DNA of 63,961 nt, counting the filler, from Phoronis australis (Eukaryota > Animalia > Phoronida), in assembly GCA_002633005.1 (NCBI GenBank). It is 3 parts of 3 records of this genome, joined end to end, with 100 filler letters (N's around TTAATTAATTAA, not from the genome) between each part and the next. Parts side by side here need not be neighbours in the genome. Positions count along the whole stretch, not along the records: positions 45,674 to 63,961 come from NMRA01000839.1; 2 more parts are not named here. The stretch is one strand, 5' to 3'. The notes under the pieces are model-generated. The model did no database searches and was not told where the DNA came from. It was given only the letters and a program-made list of their open reading frames with translations. Shown one piece after another: positions 46,080 to 59,300 of this stretch. A program made the translations under genes and the position numbers. Within the stretch, counting starts at the first letter, position 1; every line of letters begins with the position of its first letter.

Positions 46080-49000
46080 CATTCTGTTCTCGCGAGAAGT
46101 CTCTCCCTGACACATCGATGGTTTATGGACGGATGTACGTCACCGCGTGGGAAACTGATCTGGAGGAAGTTGAAGATGAGGCTGTCAAGTTGGTCATGGA
46201 GGCTGTAGAGGTTTGTGATTGGTTGATTTGAAGAAGGCTTAAGGCCAGAGTCACACTGCTGTGGATTGTTATTGGTTGTACATGCACTTCTTACTCTGGG
46301 TTAGAGGCTTACACTTTGGTGAATGAGTTCAGGGAGGGAGGTCGAGTGATGTTCTTTATTGGTTGATCAAATAAAGGTCAATGGTAAGGTCATGGGGTCA
46401 ATGTAATTTCTCAGTTTCCTTGAAGTAGTTGTGTGAAAACTCTAGAGGTCTGATGGGATAGTTGACATGTCACACTGTTGGCCTTTCTGGACTCAGAGCA
46501 CTCAATCATGGGGGGTCCTTTTCAGTTTCATGCAATCCTTGTTATCGGTGCATTATGTCACGTTTGGGGACTGTCTGGCGTCCGCTGATGTATCTCCTAA
46601 ACCCTTGGTGAATGTCCATGAATGTTATGAGACATGTTCCTGTCATGGATGGATCCTACTACCAGCGCGCTCACTGGTGGCAATTTTTTATTTTATTAGG
46701 TTTGTCGCTGTATCTTTGGAGTTCCTCGACAGATTTTCATAAAGTTTCCAAATAGGTATCTGATAACTAAAGGAGATGCTGTGGTTTGGCGCCTGTCTCT
46801 CTTTCAGCCAAACTACCCTTAACTGTGATTGTGAATTTGCATTATGTGTTTTACTGGGAAGACAACAGCTGACAGTGATTTTCGAATGGCTGACTACCTA
46901 GGTGCCTCCTAGGGGTGGTGCGTCGGCAGCTGTACGTCGTGAATGTCTTAGAGGAACTTTGTTTAATTTAGCAGACCATGAAAGTGACAACTGACGGCAA
47001 TGACTTTCGGATGGATCGGACTACCGATGTCGGTACATGGGGCGTCACCAACCAGTACATGGGGAGCTACCCACCAGTACATGGGGCATCACCAACCAGT
47101 ACATGGGGAGCTACCCACCAGTACATGGGCATCACGAACCAATACATGGTGTATGGGGCACCACCAACCAGTACATGGGGCATCACCAACCAGTTCACGG
47201 TGCATCACCAACCAGTACAATGGGCACCACCAACCAGTACAAGGGGCACCAGCAACCAGTACATGGTCATCACCAACCAGTACATAGGGCATCACCAACC
47301 TCCTAGTTCCAGCAAATGTTACGTTATATCCAAAATGTCATTTCTATCGAGTTTTGTTGACATGAACGTTTGTAGTACTTAAATTGTTTATGACTTATAC
47401 TTCCTCTCAGTTACGTGCTCATGAAATTTAAAGTCTCGTCATCTCTCGCCTATGTGTGTAATAAACACAGCTGCAGGACCCTGCGAGAGCAAAATTGGCG
47501 ACCAAGAGAAATCAAATTATATTTTGCAAATAAAATTTACCTTCATCCTTTGGAAGCCTTGCAAGGTAACAATTTGTGTAATTTTAAAGCATGTTATTTG
47601 AAAATCGAATTGCGTCCGGGATAGACCAAGTCGCTGGATCTTGCGCCCTTTTTAATTTCATTGCATGAAAACGTATAGAGACAGCGTTAACACTGTGTTT
47701 AGTGTTGACCTGAATTAGAATACGTGTTGAGACTACCGCTACTCCTGCTACTTTCGACAGCTCTTAGCTTTGCATGGAATGAGTCTCCTGCAATATGAGA
47801 AACTGAATTGTCTTTCTATTCTGTTTCAGGTTCATCTTAAAAATGTGATATCGTGTGCCATTCACCAGCGCAAGGGTTATCACCTGCGAGAGGGCAGGTT
47901 TAAGTACGCCACAGGTGATGTCATACAACCGTATCTACGAAACAGTTCACTCATACAAGATGGTGCCAGGTGAAGTGATCTTATTAAGTGCTGTTAGTTG
48001 CTTCGTTTAACAACGACAAAAATATGTCAACAGTTTACTGACTCTGAGGTCTTACATGGCAACCCATAATTACAGGGTGTACTTTATGTACTCTTTGGCC
48101 CCACATGGAAATGTATAATTAGTGGGGGGGGGGTTTACTGACTCTGAGGTCTTACATGGCGACCCATAATTACAGGCCGTGGGTGTACTTTATGTACTCT
48201 TTGGCTCCACATGGAAATGTATAATTAGGGGAGATGGTTTACTGACTCTGAGGTCTTACATGGCAACTCGTAGTTACGTGAGGGTGGTATATAGACTCAG
48301 AGGCCAATAAGACAACTCATGTTAGGTACAGGAAGATAAGATAAACAGCTAAATAAAATTCAGAATCCCTTGTTGAAGTCTGGGCTGGTAAACTTTTTCT
48401 TTTTACATTTATTTCCTGTATAATGTGACATGCCAATTAGTTTTTGGAATTACCATTTTCATGTTACTCGACTTTTGAGCTCTTTCACGGATTCCTATTT
48501 TGATAGCTCCCTCATGCAGAAGTCAAACATGGCTGTTTAAACAATGCCTAACATCGTTTTGAAGAACAATGCGTAAAACATAGTAACTTAGACTTTCCTG
48601 AGAGTCTGATTTGCTGAGAAATGATGATCTAAAAGTTAGCCAGGTTTGGTCGTTTTTCTTGGGTCTATTAAAACTGCAAGTTCTTCAAACGGCACCCTTT
48701 CGGTGGCAGTGAATGGTATTATTTTTTAATAGTCTCACGCTGCTTGGTTTGTGGTGGGTCGCATATCTTGACAATTGCATGCTCCACATGAACATGTTCT
48801 CTGGTTTTCTCGCTTAATTTGAAAATTTGTCTACGTACTTCCCAGCTTATAGTTGACCTTTCAGGATTTAGAAGGGGCTAAGGGGGAAAGGGTGCCCTTT
48901 AATGTGAAGGGCTACATAAATATGAATCAAATATGAAGTTGGAAAAGAGTGACATTTAATTCCTTCATTTGGTGACCCTCGAACTGGTGAATTTCATTAA

Positions 49001-50710
49001 GGGCGCCTGTTGTAAGTCCTGTTGTGTCTATGTCAGTATCTCTCCTTATCTAGTAAGGTTACATACATGACAGGTTGACTACTCCTGTTCTAAGCCCTTC
49101 TTTGTCTATGTATATGTATGTATATGTGCCTTCTTGTGAGGCTGCTTACATGACGGGTTGTCTAGCCCTGTTCTATGCTGTGTTGTGTCTGTGTGTTAAT
49201 GTATCTCTCCCCTTCTAGTGAGGCTGCTTACATGACGGGTTGTCTAGCCCTGTTCTATGCTGTGTTGTGTCTGTGTGTTAATGTATCTCTCCCCTTCTAG
49301 TGAGGCCACGTACATCACAAGCTGTGGCGCACACGTTCCCAGCATAAAACCCTCAGTGGAGACAGGCCAGGGAGATGCTGCGAAACACATTGCATGTTCC
49401 GGGAACCACATGACCCCCACAAGGCCCCTGAATCTGTATAATGTATTAGACGCGTTGAAGGTAGGTTTGCTTAACTGGCTGTAAATCAAATGATTGGTAA
49501 GCATTAGAATAATGTTACTTTTTGAATGGAGTCTGTGTGCTCTTGGTGTGAATGAACTGTAGTGTAAAGTTCTTGACTGTTCCAATAGAGACGTATAACT
49601 TAAAGTGATGTAAGAGGAGTTACTGAAGTATTTGCACAGCTTCAGATAGTTGAGCATGGGATGTTTTGTGTCCTATAAGCTGCCAGTATTGAATTACTTC
49701 ACAGTGATGTTTATGTCCTGAAACCGGTAGCATGAAATGATTGGGCAGAATTCTGGACATATGACTGGGTTAATTTATTCGTCCTTCCAACGCCAACAAA
49801 GTATGACTGCTGTGCTGTGGGCTGTATAGCCAACATGAGAAACTTTGATAAATTGAACAAATACTCATGGATGTATGATATGAAATTCTTCGCTTTACCG
49901 GACTTCAATGAAAGACACAAAAAATGTGCCTCATTTCCCAAACGGGGTTTCGCGCTTTCTTATAAATGAGAGTTCTATCACCGTGTAATTCGCGACGACC
50001 CTATTACGCCAAACATGTCTCCTGTTGGGCACTTCTCAAGCCCAATTAGGGCTTTGTATGACCTTATCAACAACCATTTGCATTTAGTCAAATATCTTTG
50101 AAACTACATTTAAACAGAAAGACATATTTTCTGAACGTATGAAACTAGAATTTGCTTTTGACGTTATACTAATCTGCCACAAATCAGATCACATGGCTAT
50201 GCTTAATAGCTAAAAAAAAGCGCATACTCGTAGCAGAACAGCGGTTTCAATAACATGACATAATTTCATTTGATGTAAACATTCTAGTTAAAGTCTCAAA
50301 AACGTTGTTACAATTTTCTGAATTTTCATTCTCCTTTTCTTTATTTTGCTACTCAAAATCTTTTTTCATGAAAATCAACGGTCTTATTTCTTGGTAGCCC
50401 CTCATGTTAAAGAGGGACACTAAAGACAATTCCTCAACAGCATTTTGAAGAACAGTACATGAAGTATAGTATATGAGTTTCATACGAATCCGTGTCTTAA
50501 GACTTGATGTTCCCTGTTTTTCTATGTTGTGGCTTGCTTTCCAAATTTCATGTTATGTTTCAGGTTCACAAAAGTGTGATAGCATCGCATACGGTGTATA
50601 CTTTGTGCATGGAGAGGATACTCAGTCGTCTGTGGCACCCGTCTGACAACGACTTAACTGGGGGCAGAGCACGTCATCAGACGTCACTTAAAATGAAGTT
50701 GTCGTCATGA
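46080..50710 (+). CDS. TADA1: Transcriptional adaptor 1 (SAGA subunit), last four coding exons; 5' exons absent
   Basis: Exons 46080-46210, 47830-47969, 49301-49460, 50564-50710, phase-consistent. LPDTSMVYGRMYVTAWE..L..V..EAV..V..AVE / HLKNVI...RKGYHLREGRFKYA..QPYLRNS / PLNLYNVLDALKVHKSVIASHTVYTLCMERILSRLWHP match the TADA1 C-terminal half. Confidence 0.9.
46560..47035 (-). mobile_element. Degenerate copy of the Helitron-like repeat in a TADA1 intron
   Basis: Reverse complement shares GGTAGTC.GATCC.TCCGAAAG, TGCTAAATTAA and CTAGGAGGC blocks with 23050-23760. Confidence 0.5.
47033..47300. repeat. 22-bp minisatellite (GTACATGGGGCATCACCAACCA)n
   Basis: About 12 tandem units. Confidence 0.9.
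48033..48270. repeat. ~100-bp tandem repeat, about 2.3 copies
   Basis: GTTTACTGACTCTGAGGTCTTACATGGC at 48033, 48132 and 48237. Confidence 0.85.
49020..49306. repeat. 82-bp tandem duplication including the TADA1 splice acceptor
   Basis: GTGAGGC at 49136, 49218 and 49300; an older degenerate copy starts at ~49020. Confidence 0.85.
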
Positions 50711-51044
50711 CAACAACCCTATTAAATACAGTGCATGAATAGGACAGTGATTAGTCTGCTGCCAGCCATCCAACTCGTTGGTAATGGAAGGCCGGAGCAG
50801 CACATCATTTAAATTTGTTTTTTCATATTTTTTGCAGTCGTTCAAGCTGTTGTTATATGATGCGTCTCGTGAACTGTGTAAAGATTTGAGATTTCTATTG
50901 CCCTTGACAAAAACGCGCTGTGACGCTTTAAACATTCACAAACCTTTTTTAGATGTTTGTACTGCTGTGCAATGTTACCTTTCCAGAGGTTAATTGTAAT
51001 ATTTTGTTCACCGTGATCAAGGCATTCATGACGCACAGTAGCAT

Positions 51045-51245
51045 CGTGTCCACACTCTGCATACTAGTATGGTGTCCTCATTAGTAGCATGTTCAGACTT
51101 TGCATACTGGCAGGTGTTCACATTGCGTACTGGCAGGTGTTCCCACTTTGCATACTAGCTGCGTGTTCACTTTGCATACTAGTAGCATGTTCATAATTTG
51201 CATACTAGCAGGTGTTCCCACTTTGCATACTAGCAGTGTGTTCAC
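51045..51245. repeat. Short-period minisatellite (ACTTTGCATACTAGCAGGTGTTC-like)
   Basis: Repeated TGCATACTAG and GTGTTC motifs. Confidence 0.75.
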
Positions 51246-52489
51246 GCTTCTTGTTCAGCTGATTTTAAAGAAAATAAATTTCTCATTAATTAGTTGACTT
51301 CTGCTGGTTTTGTACGTTTGGAGATCCATGGCAGAATACAAAATAAAAAGATACGTTTCTAAATTAATCTTGTAGCTCAGTGTTCAGTATTCAGATTCAC
51401 CCAGGAATCCATGTCAGTCCCGCTCGGTCATCAGTATTAACGTATGCCTCCAGTTTTATAACGATCTGTTTGGCATATAGGAGAAGCAGACACTAATGTG
51501 AAAATTGCCACCAGGGGGCACATAACACCCAATGCTTTGAAAAAATGTGTTACATCACCTTCATTTAAACGTGTCTACTGAGAGACATAGCAGATGCAAA
51601 AGCACATCCTCTCTTTGATACAAGTGCGCCACCTGGTGTGATGAAGATCTCTCAAGTGGTTTGGTTGATAAGAGGACACATGCCTCTAACGCAGGACGCT
51701 CACACAGACATGTCCGTGTTAAAATGCATTCACATAATGTCAGGAAGACATTACCAGGAATGGACTGTTTTCAAGTGCAATTAAGAAACTTGCTTTTCAA
51801 GTTGAGTGAAAACTCAAAATTTTGAGTTAATACTTGAGCTTTTGCACATAATGCTAAGGTCATTAAGTCCAAACTAGGATTAACCACATAAGCCAATGAG
51901 TACTTGAGCAGAGAATAATTAATACACACAAAGGCAGAATAGGAAATAGCAAAAACAGATTAGATTTCGAGTAACAAGATAAGATCCCAGCTTCAGGTAA
52001 TTTTTGATTGGCATATAAAAATATATTTGATTACAGAGCATCACGGTATATCCGGACATGCCAGAGTGTGTGAATTTCCTTCCGCAAGCATATTAAGTGC
52101 GTCATTATTGAAAGTCACAAAAATATATCATAAAGGTCTTAACCTAATGATATTTATTTTCATCTCAGTTAAACTGACAGTACTCGTACAATTAAAATAC
52201 AAAATATGGTAGTTTAGCCACATGAATCTTCTTGGAATTGTGTACACATGGAAGCTCAATAGATGGCGTAGCATCTATGGATATGTGGCAGTAGTAAACG
52301 AAAACCGTGACAAACATTGAAAAATTGCTAATTCAGCAAAATTGTGCAGTAATACAAAATGACCGTCCAGTTAATTGGCCAGAATGTTGACCGACACCAG
52401 CTTCTTCCCAGGACGAGCTGAGTGATGAGAGAAGATTACAGTCTCTGCACTTGAGTGCTGTTACACACTCAATAGATGGCGTAGTCGTA

Positions 52490-52850
52490 CGTTGATATTG
52501 TGAATTGTCCGTTCATTCTTGAACATTCTTAAATTCACAGCTGAAAACTCTAGATGCCATTTTGATTTATAATTGCACACAGCCTTCATTCTAACTGAAC
52601 ATTTACATAACTCACTGAACATTCCTGACTCTGCACATATTATGATTCATAATATACAATGTAACAGTTCATTCTTGAACTTTCTCATAGTTGAACACTA
52701 CTGATGCAATTATGATTCATAATTTAACAGTTAATTCTATTGAACTTACTCATAGTTCATTGCTGAACACTCTTGAAACTATTATGATTCATAACATAAC
52801 CGTTCATTCTGACTGATACATTCTCGTGGTTCATTACTGAACTCTCCAGA
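52490..52850. repeat. Degenerate ~70-bp tandem repeat
   Basis: Recurring ATTATGATTCATAA and GTTCATTCTTGAAC. Confidence 0.65.
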
Positions 52851-53382
52851 TACCAGACTTAGTACTAACAAAAAACATTTATACGTTTAAATATATAAAC
52901 TATGTCTTCTACAAGTTTGACATATGAGAAGACGATATGACCAGCTGTTCATAGATTTCCAAAACGAATTTGATGCAGTTAACAACAGAAATTTCTAGTC
53001 AAGAGTTAAGCTTTAGAAGGGCTTGCATTTATAAAGCTTTAAAATAAAAGAAAAACCTTATTTGTCAAACGTCGACACAGTAGGCCTGGTAAAAACTAAA
53101 ATGCATGGGTGGCGCAGCACTGAAAAAAAGTGATGAGGCTATAGCCCCTCAGCCCCCTGTGGGGCGCCGCCCATTAAATGATGTGTCCAAATCCAGTATG
53201 AGTTTCTGAAGTTTTACTAATTTTTTTAAAACAAATCGTGCTATTAGAATAATGAGCACTACTGTATATAACTTTGACCTCTGACCTCTTAGGATGACAG
53301 AATTGTAAACCTAGGTCGGAAAAGAAATAACTCAAACTGTATCGCTCTATCGGCAATCAGACAAAAACTCCAAGCAATATAT

Positions 53383-56300
53383 TCATGCATGAGACGGGGG
53401 TGGTACTGAGTCAGGATTCCGATAGACAGTGTTAGACAACAGACTCCGTGGTACTGCAGCCGAATCTCGATAGACGGTGTTGGATAACGCACTCGGTGGT
53501 ACAGGTGCAGGCATCTGGGTGTACATACCAGGGTTAGGCATTACATTGACAGTCTTGCGACTGCTGAAGTCAAGTCCTATATCAGCCACTGAAAGACACA
53601 AAACTCTTTGTGAAACACACATCGTATAAGACGTGAAGCATTGTTTCAAAATATGAATTTAACATGATGTCAGAACAAGTGCCTCTTTGATTGCTTGCAA
53701 CATAAAAGTGTTTAGAGCACGTGTCTCATTGATTGGCTGTTACCTAAAGGTTTAGTGATACCTAAATTCCATGCAATAAATTGATTCAATAATTAAAAGT
53801 AATTATCGTTTTATATGAAACCGGCACAGATCACTAGCCACTGTCACATCACTCAGACACAATCTAGTTTTTAATGTGTTCTGGACTACAGTCGTCAAAT
53901 CTCGAGCCAACAGTAGCATATAAGTGGTCAAGTCTCAAGCCAACCATAGTGTCTGTGATGGCCAAGTCTTGAGTCAACCATAGCCTATACAAATGTCAAG
54001 TCTCATGCCAACCGTAGTGTATACAATGGCCAAATCTTAAACCAACCGTAGTGTGCACAGTGGTCAGCCATACAATAAACAATGGTCAAGTATCAAGTCA
54101 ATCATAGTGTAAACAATGGTCAAGCCTCAAGTCAACAATTGTGTATGAAATGGTAAAGTCTCAAGCCAACCGTAGGTATACAATTTTGAGTAGTTGGTAA
54201 CAACAAACTTCGAATACCAAGTTACAGACTGAAAAGCCTGTGGGAGTTTGTCGTTAATAGGTAATGCTTTAACATACCAGACGGAAATCTGTGACCGTCG
54301 TTCAAGATGGACAGATTAGTGTGGCCTGTGTACAAATCAGCATGGGGCACCTGCAACGAAATAACTGCAACTTAGAGTCTGTACCACCAGAGNCTCCTCT
54401 CCACCTACCGTACCTCCCCATCTCAACATTTCTCCCCCCAAACACAACACCGCAGCCCGTCCGGTCTCTACCTGTTTCTGCTCTGTTTCAAAGATGCTCC
54501 TCTCCACTCGTTGTAACTCCTCTGTTAGTAGGGAGTATTCTGACAACTTGTCAATCTTCTGATTCACCTGATTCAGTTCCAGTTTTAGTTGTTCCCGCTC
54601 AGCAATGCTGGTCACATGTCTTGATGAATCTTGTCTGCAGTACACCACATCGTCGTGAATAACAGAGATGCAGAATGTTGATAAGCGCCCTCTGCGGGCA
54701 TAGCAAATGTCAGAGCTAAGGAATGCTCCTTTGTTCAAACATCTGCACGCATTAATCACCGTGAGCAACACTAGAAGCAGTGTGTATGGGGGCAGCACTA
54801 GTTATACGAAAACTGACACTGGCAATCCTGGGGGCTGGGGGATATTGAGAGTATCGCAAAGAAAACCCAAATTACCTCTACCGTATACTGCAAGACTTGG
54901 ACCTAACCAATAATCGATGTCAGTCACGTTCACCTGAGTAGAAACTCATTTGTCAGGGCAGAGAGTAAAATTTCAGCTGAAACCGAATATTAATTTAATT
55001 GATTAGTGATTTGGGGAAAAGTCCAGTGATGGTTGAAGATCAATTTTTATTATAAACGATCAACTGCGACTAAAAAGAGCTTAACAAAAAACAGGAAGCA
55101 GACATTTACGGAGAGATGGATATAAACAGAGATTGTTTCTGTCAGATTTCAGCGAGTGACGTTAAGAAAAGCCTAAGTTGCACCTGGAAAAATCTGGGGT
55201 GGCTAGTTCACAGATAAACCTGGGGCAGCCAGTTCACAGAAAAGGTTACCAAATATCCAATACGCAATAATTTCTGCGTTCGACTAGTGGTCCTGATGAT
55301 TCAGTGTCTGCACGGTTAGCAGAAGGTCCCAGGTTTGGGTCCAGGTCTGGCAGAAATCTTTTCGAACGATTGTTCATTAGGTCACGTTATGTGGCCAACA
55401 GGAGACACGAAGACCAGATTTAAAAATTTTGTGATCCAATACGGAAGGTTATCATTTTAAGGCAGGGCTTCATCTTCAAACAGATCATCGTAAACAAAAA
55501 TCAAGCTCTTTTGGATGGTATTTTGCCATTTTGGCATGCCTTTTACTTGGAAAATTCATTGTAAACTGCTCAGGGGTGGCAATAATTTTCTGACTGCATG
55601 ACCCACAAATAAAAATCAAGATCACAAGAAAACATTAAAAAACACTCTGATCCATGGAATTTCTTGCTGGCAGCCATTACATATTTATGTTGCACCGAGA
55701 GGTCACACCGTGAGGTCACACCGAGAGGTCACACCGAGAGGTCACACCGAGAGGTCACACCGAGAGGTCACACCGAGAGGTCACACCGAGAGGTCACACC
55801 GAGAGGTCACACCGAGAGGTCATGAACATCTCGACTCATTTCAATACATTCTGAATAACGATATTTCATTTCTAACGTGAATAAATGCAAAGCTGTGCTT
55901 GGCCAATAATGATTGGACCGCATGCAAAAGTTTTGTGCATCTCATGTTTTCAAGCACGTGATTCTTGCAGAAGCATCAATTTATTATGATTGTCAACACC
56001 TAAGGAACAGGCGTATCCAGCTGATTATCTTCAGTGAAGTTTATGGCACAACTAGAACCTTTGTTTCAAAATAAACATGATCTGCATGTGATGAACTAGC
56101 TTATGCAATGCAGTGCAAAGTGGCAAAGCAGTGTGAAAGTGGCATAGCCTGCCACGCATATTTAAAATCCCTAGGTAAGATTATTCCACGTTAGTGTACA
56201 GCAATGAAAAAGATTGGGGTCCAAAAAGCTTTGAAAATACTGCTGACGGACAAGCATAAATAAAAATGGCCAAACTAACCTTGGGCTTGGCGTGGATACA

Positions 56301-59300
56301 GACAGTGGTGAGGTGGACTGCAGCTGGGCCACAGGGACAACATGGGCAATCTTGTTGCCAGGGATGGGCTCGCCTGTGTGTGGGTCCATGACGATGTCTT
56401 CTGGTAGCCCTTGGATACACGTGTACATACTGGGTACAGGGCTAGGGCTGGGGAACGGACGATTTGTTGGGGTGATAGCTGTGACTGGTACAGTCGGCTT
56501 GGGCTGTGGGACGAATCAGAGCATTACATTAACAAGATTTCGGGAGACGAAGACTTACGTGACAGCGGGAGGGCGCTAATGTAAACACACACACGCGCAC
56601 GCACCCAACCACACACTGATCATCATACTCTCACAAGGCATTTCTCATAAAAAAGTTGTGTTGTGACAGCGATGAGATTGTCTAATGACTTGTTTTCTGG
56701 ATTTAACACCAGGAGTCACAGTTGACTGTCAACCTCCACTGGATACATGTATGACAATTTTCTTAATCACCACCTCAGTGATTAAACGTGAAGGAGTGAA
56801 TTGCCAGGGTAGAGGTGGACTCGGCACTTTAAGTCACCTGTTTTGACAAGAACTGACAGCGATGTCTGTACGAGTCTAGGAGATGCAATTTTCCACTGAT
56901 TGAAAATAAAATTAAAACAGGGGAATTGAGACATTGGTAAGAAAATAAAAATGTAATTTTCCTTAGACTTATTGAGGATTATGATTACACAACAGACACA
57001 TGAAGATCAACTTACAGATAACGCACTAGAGATAAAGAAAGATCACATGACTCAAGCGTCAAATGAGACGAAACAGTAGAGATAAATGAAAAACCACATG
57101 ACTCAAGCATCGAATCAGATGATAGCGGTAAGGATAATGAAAGACCACATGACCTGAGTGACAAATGAAATGAAACAATAGAGATAAATGAAAAATCCCA
57201 CAACCCAAGTGTCGAATGAGATGATTAGGTTACAAAATGCTCAAATATTAACAATTAATATAATTATGACACTGAAGGATGATTGAGGTGATTATGAGAC
57301 ACTAAAATATTAAGCACACATGGTCCTGAGAGAGAACTGAGACGATATCATTACAAACTTCTTAAAAGTCAATCCCGATTGAAATGAAATAAGACTGTAA
57401 CATGACAGCTGCCAGGTTGTGTTTAAGAACTAAGCTTTCGGGCCCATCTTAGGCTCTTCGTCAAATAAAACCAAGCCGCCAATGGGTAGCACTCGTTATT
57501 TCAATACTATGTAACTGTGCCAGCTACGAACATACATTCCGCTGAGACGATTGAAGTTGACAAGATACGAGTCCCATTGGCCACACTGAACTTAATCTTT
57601 CTGTCTGACATCTGGAGTCAGATGTCAAAACATACTGAAAGATCAACATTTATATGAAACTATAAAAAGGGACAAATGAGATGCTTTATTTCGATTACAA
57701 GATACTGAACACTAATATTTGCACGACACCGAAGGATAAAAGACATGCAAATCAATTTTTGCACACATAAAATTATTATATAACATGAATATGCCAAGAA
57801 AACCAAAAGTTATGAAAGGTGGACCCGCCCCCTCGCTGAGAGCATCTCTGCATCATTATTCACTAGTAAAAAACACTCTATATACCTGGGATGACACCGC
57901 CTGGACTGGCTCAGTCAGTTTGAACTTGGCCGTGTCCTTCAGTCGCTTGATTGGGCCAAACTTAGACACGATGGGCGGGTCAAAGGGTACGAATTGGTCA
58001 ACTAACTCAGTCCTGAAACAGACAGGAGATGGGTGTAGAAAGGCAATATGATATTTAAAGGCTTACTGTTAACATAACGTAAACAACTTATGGGGACAAA
58101 TAATTGTTACAACCAATTATTGTCATTCTACACACAACTCCTTACGATTGTGAGAGCACAAAAATGTCTTTCGTGTAACCTAATTTTGTATTCTGGTGAG
58201 CAAAGCAGGTAAAGTTGACAAGAAAGAGGCACTGCCGTTTTCATTCGCGAAATTTTGACACAATATTTTTGTGTCAATCGCTTGAATATCCGGCTGCGTA
58301 ATGGTACAATGATAATTTGACAGCATGGTGGGGGCGAAAATTATAAAAAATGCCGGGAAATCCTACTGCATTTGGTAAATCCTCACTCAGGAGGGCAAGA
58401 CATTTTCCACCAACCACACCAGTGCCATAAACAGACATCATGTCTTCGCATTTGGACAAATGACTACTGAGACTAGAAAGGGGTTATTTCATTTTTGCTT
58501 AGCCAGTATTCAACACGAATTTATCTCAACAAGAAAAGTAAAAAAATCCATTCAGTGGCACTCAGTATAGTGCAATATTATCCAATATCACTCTTGCCCA
58601 CGTGTGCTCTTTGTCAGAGGGCCATCCATACAAAAAATCACTATAGCCAATATAAATCATACTTTCAGTTAGACTTACCTATTGCGACCAGCACTCGTAT
58701 TGCGCACTCTGTTGGTCGTGTACGTTGGTTCCGTCATCATTCGCGGAATCACTGGTGTGACCTGGTGTGTGAAACCATGAGCCAACATCAAGGTGCATAC
58801 CAACCGTTCAAGCCATAGTCACGCCATATTGACAACATCAAGTTAGTATTGAAGAGTCAAAGGACTTCAGCAAAACAAACAACTGTTAATTAACATGATT
58901 GGAGATGATACACAGGGGTAGCCCCGGATTACACAGTGATAGAACTCTTCTGACACGGAGGTAAGAAAGCGTATTGTTTTCATTGTCCGCCTTTTGAAAT
59001 GTCAGGCACATTTTCACGGGTTATGTCAGAAGCCGTTCAGGTGAAGGCCGTGGACATATTCCTGGTTTCAATCGTTTAAAAGTACCGAAACCGAGAAGGT
59101 ATCGTTAAGAAAGGGAACTTTGTTTGGTTCAACATTAACCCAATGAGCTTGATTTATCCATTCGCTCTGCATTTTCCTGTCTTTCATTGATGTCCAGAAA
59201 GTGAACAAAATAGCGCCACACATCTATATCATCATTTGTCAAGTTTATCCAACTCTCTCCTGTCAGAGTTGCTGCCCACGGCAGTAGTGCTATGATAAAT

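Noticed and set aside
46978-47382. Repetitive ORFs / CRISPR-like periodicity
   Set aside because: Head-to-tail 22-bp minisatellite in a eukaryotic intron, with no unique spacers or cas genes.
55281-55360. tRNA-like sequence (also 9265-9310 on the minus strand)
   Set aside because: B-box and cloverleaf are degenerate; at most SINE heads, not tRNA genes.
56516-56626. C/D-box snoRNA in a Roquin intron (ATGATGA...CTGA)
   Set aside because: The D box is only ~12 nt from the acceptor, the terminal stem is weak, and no recognisable rRNA guide was found.
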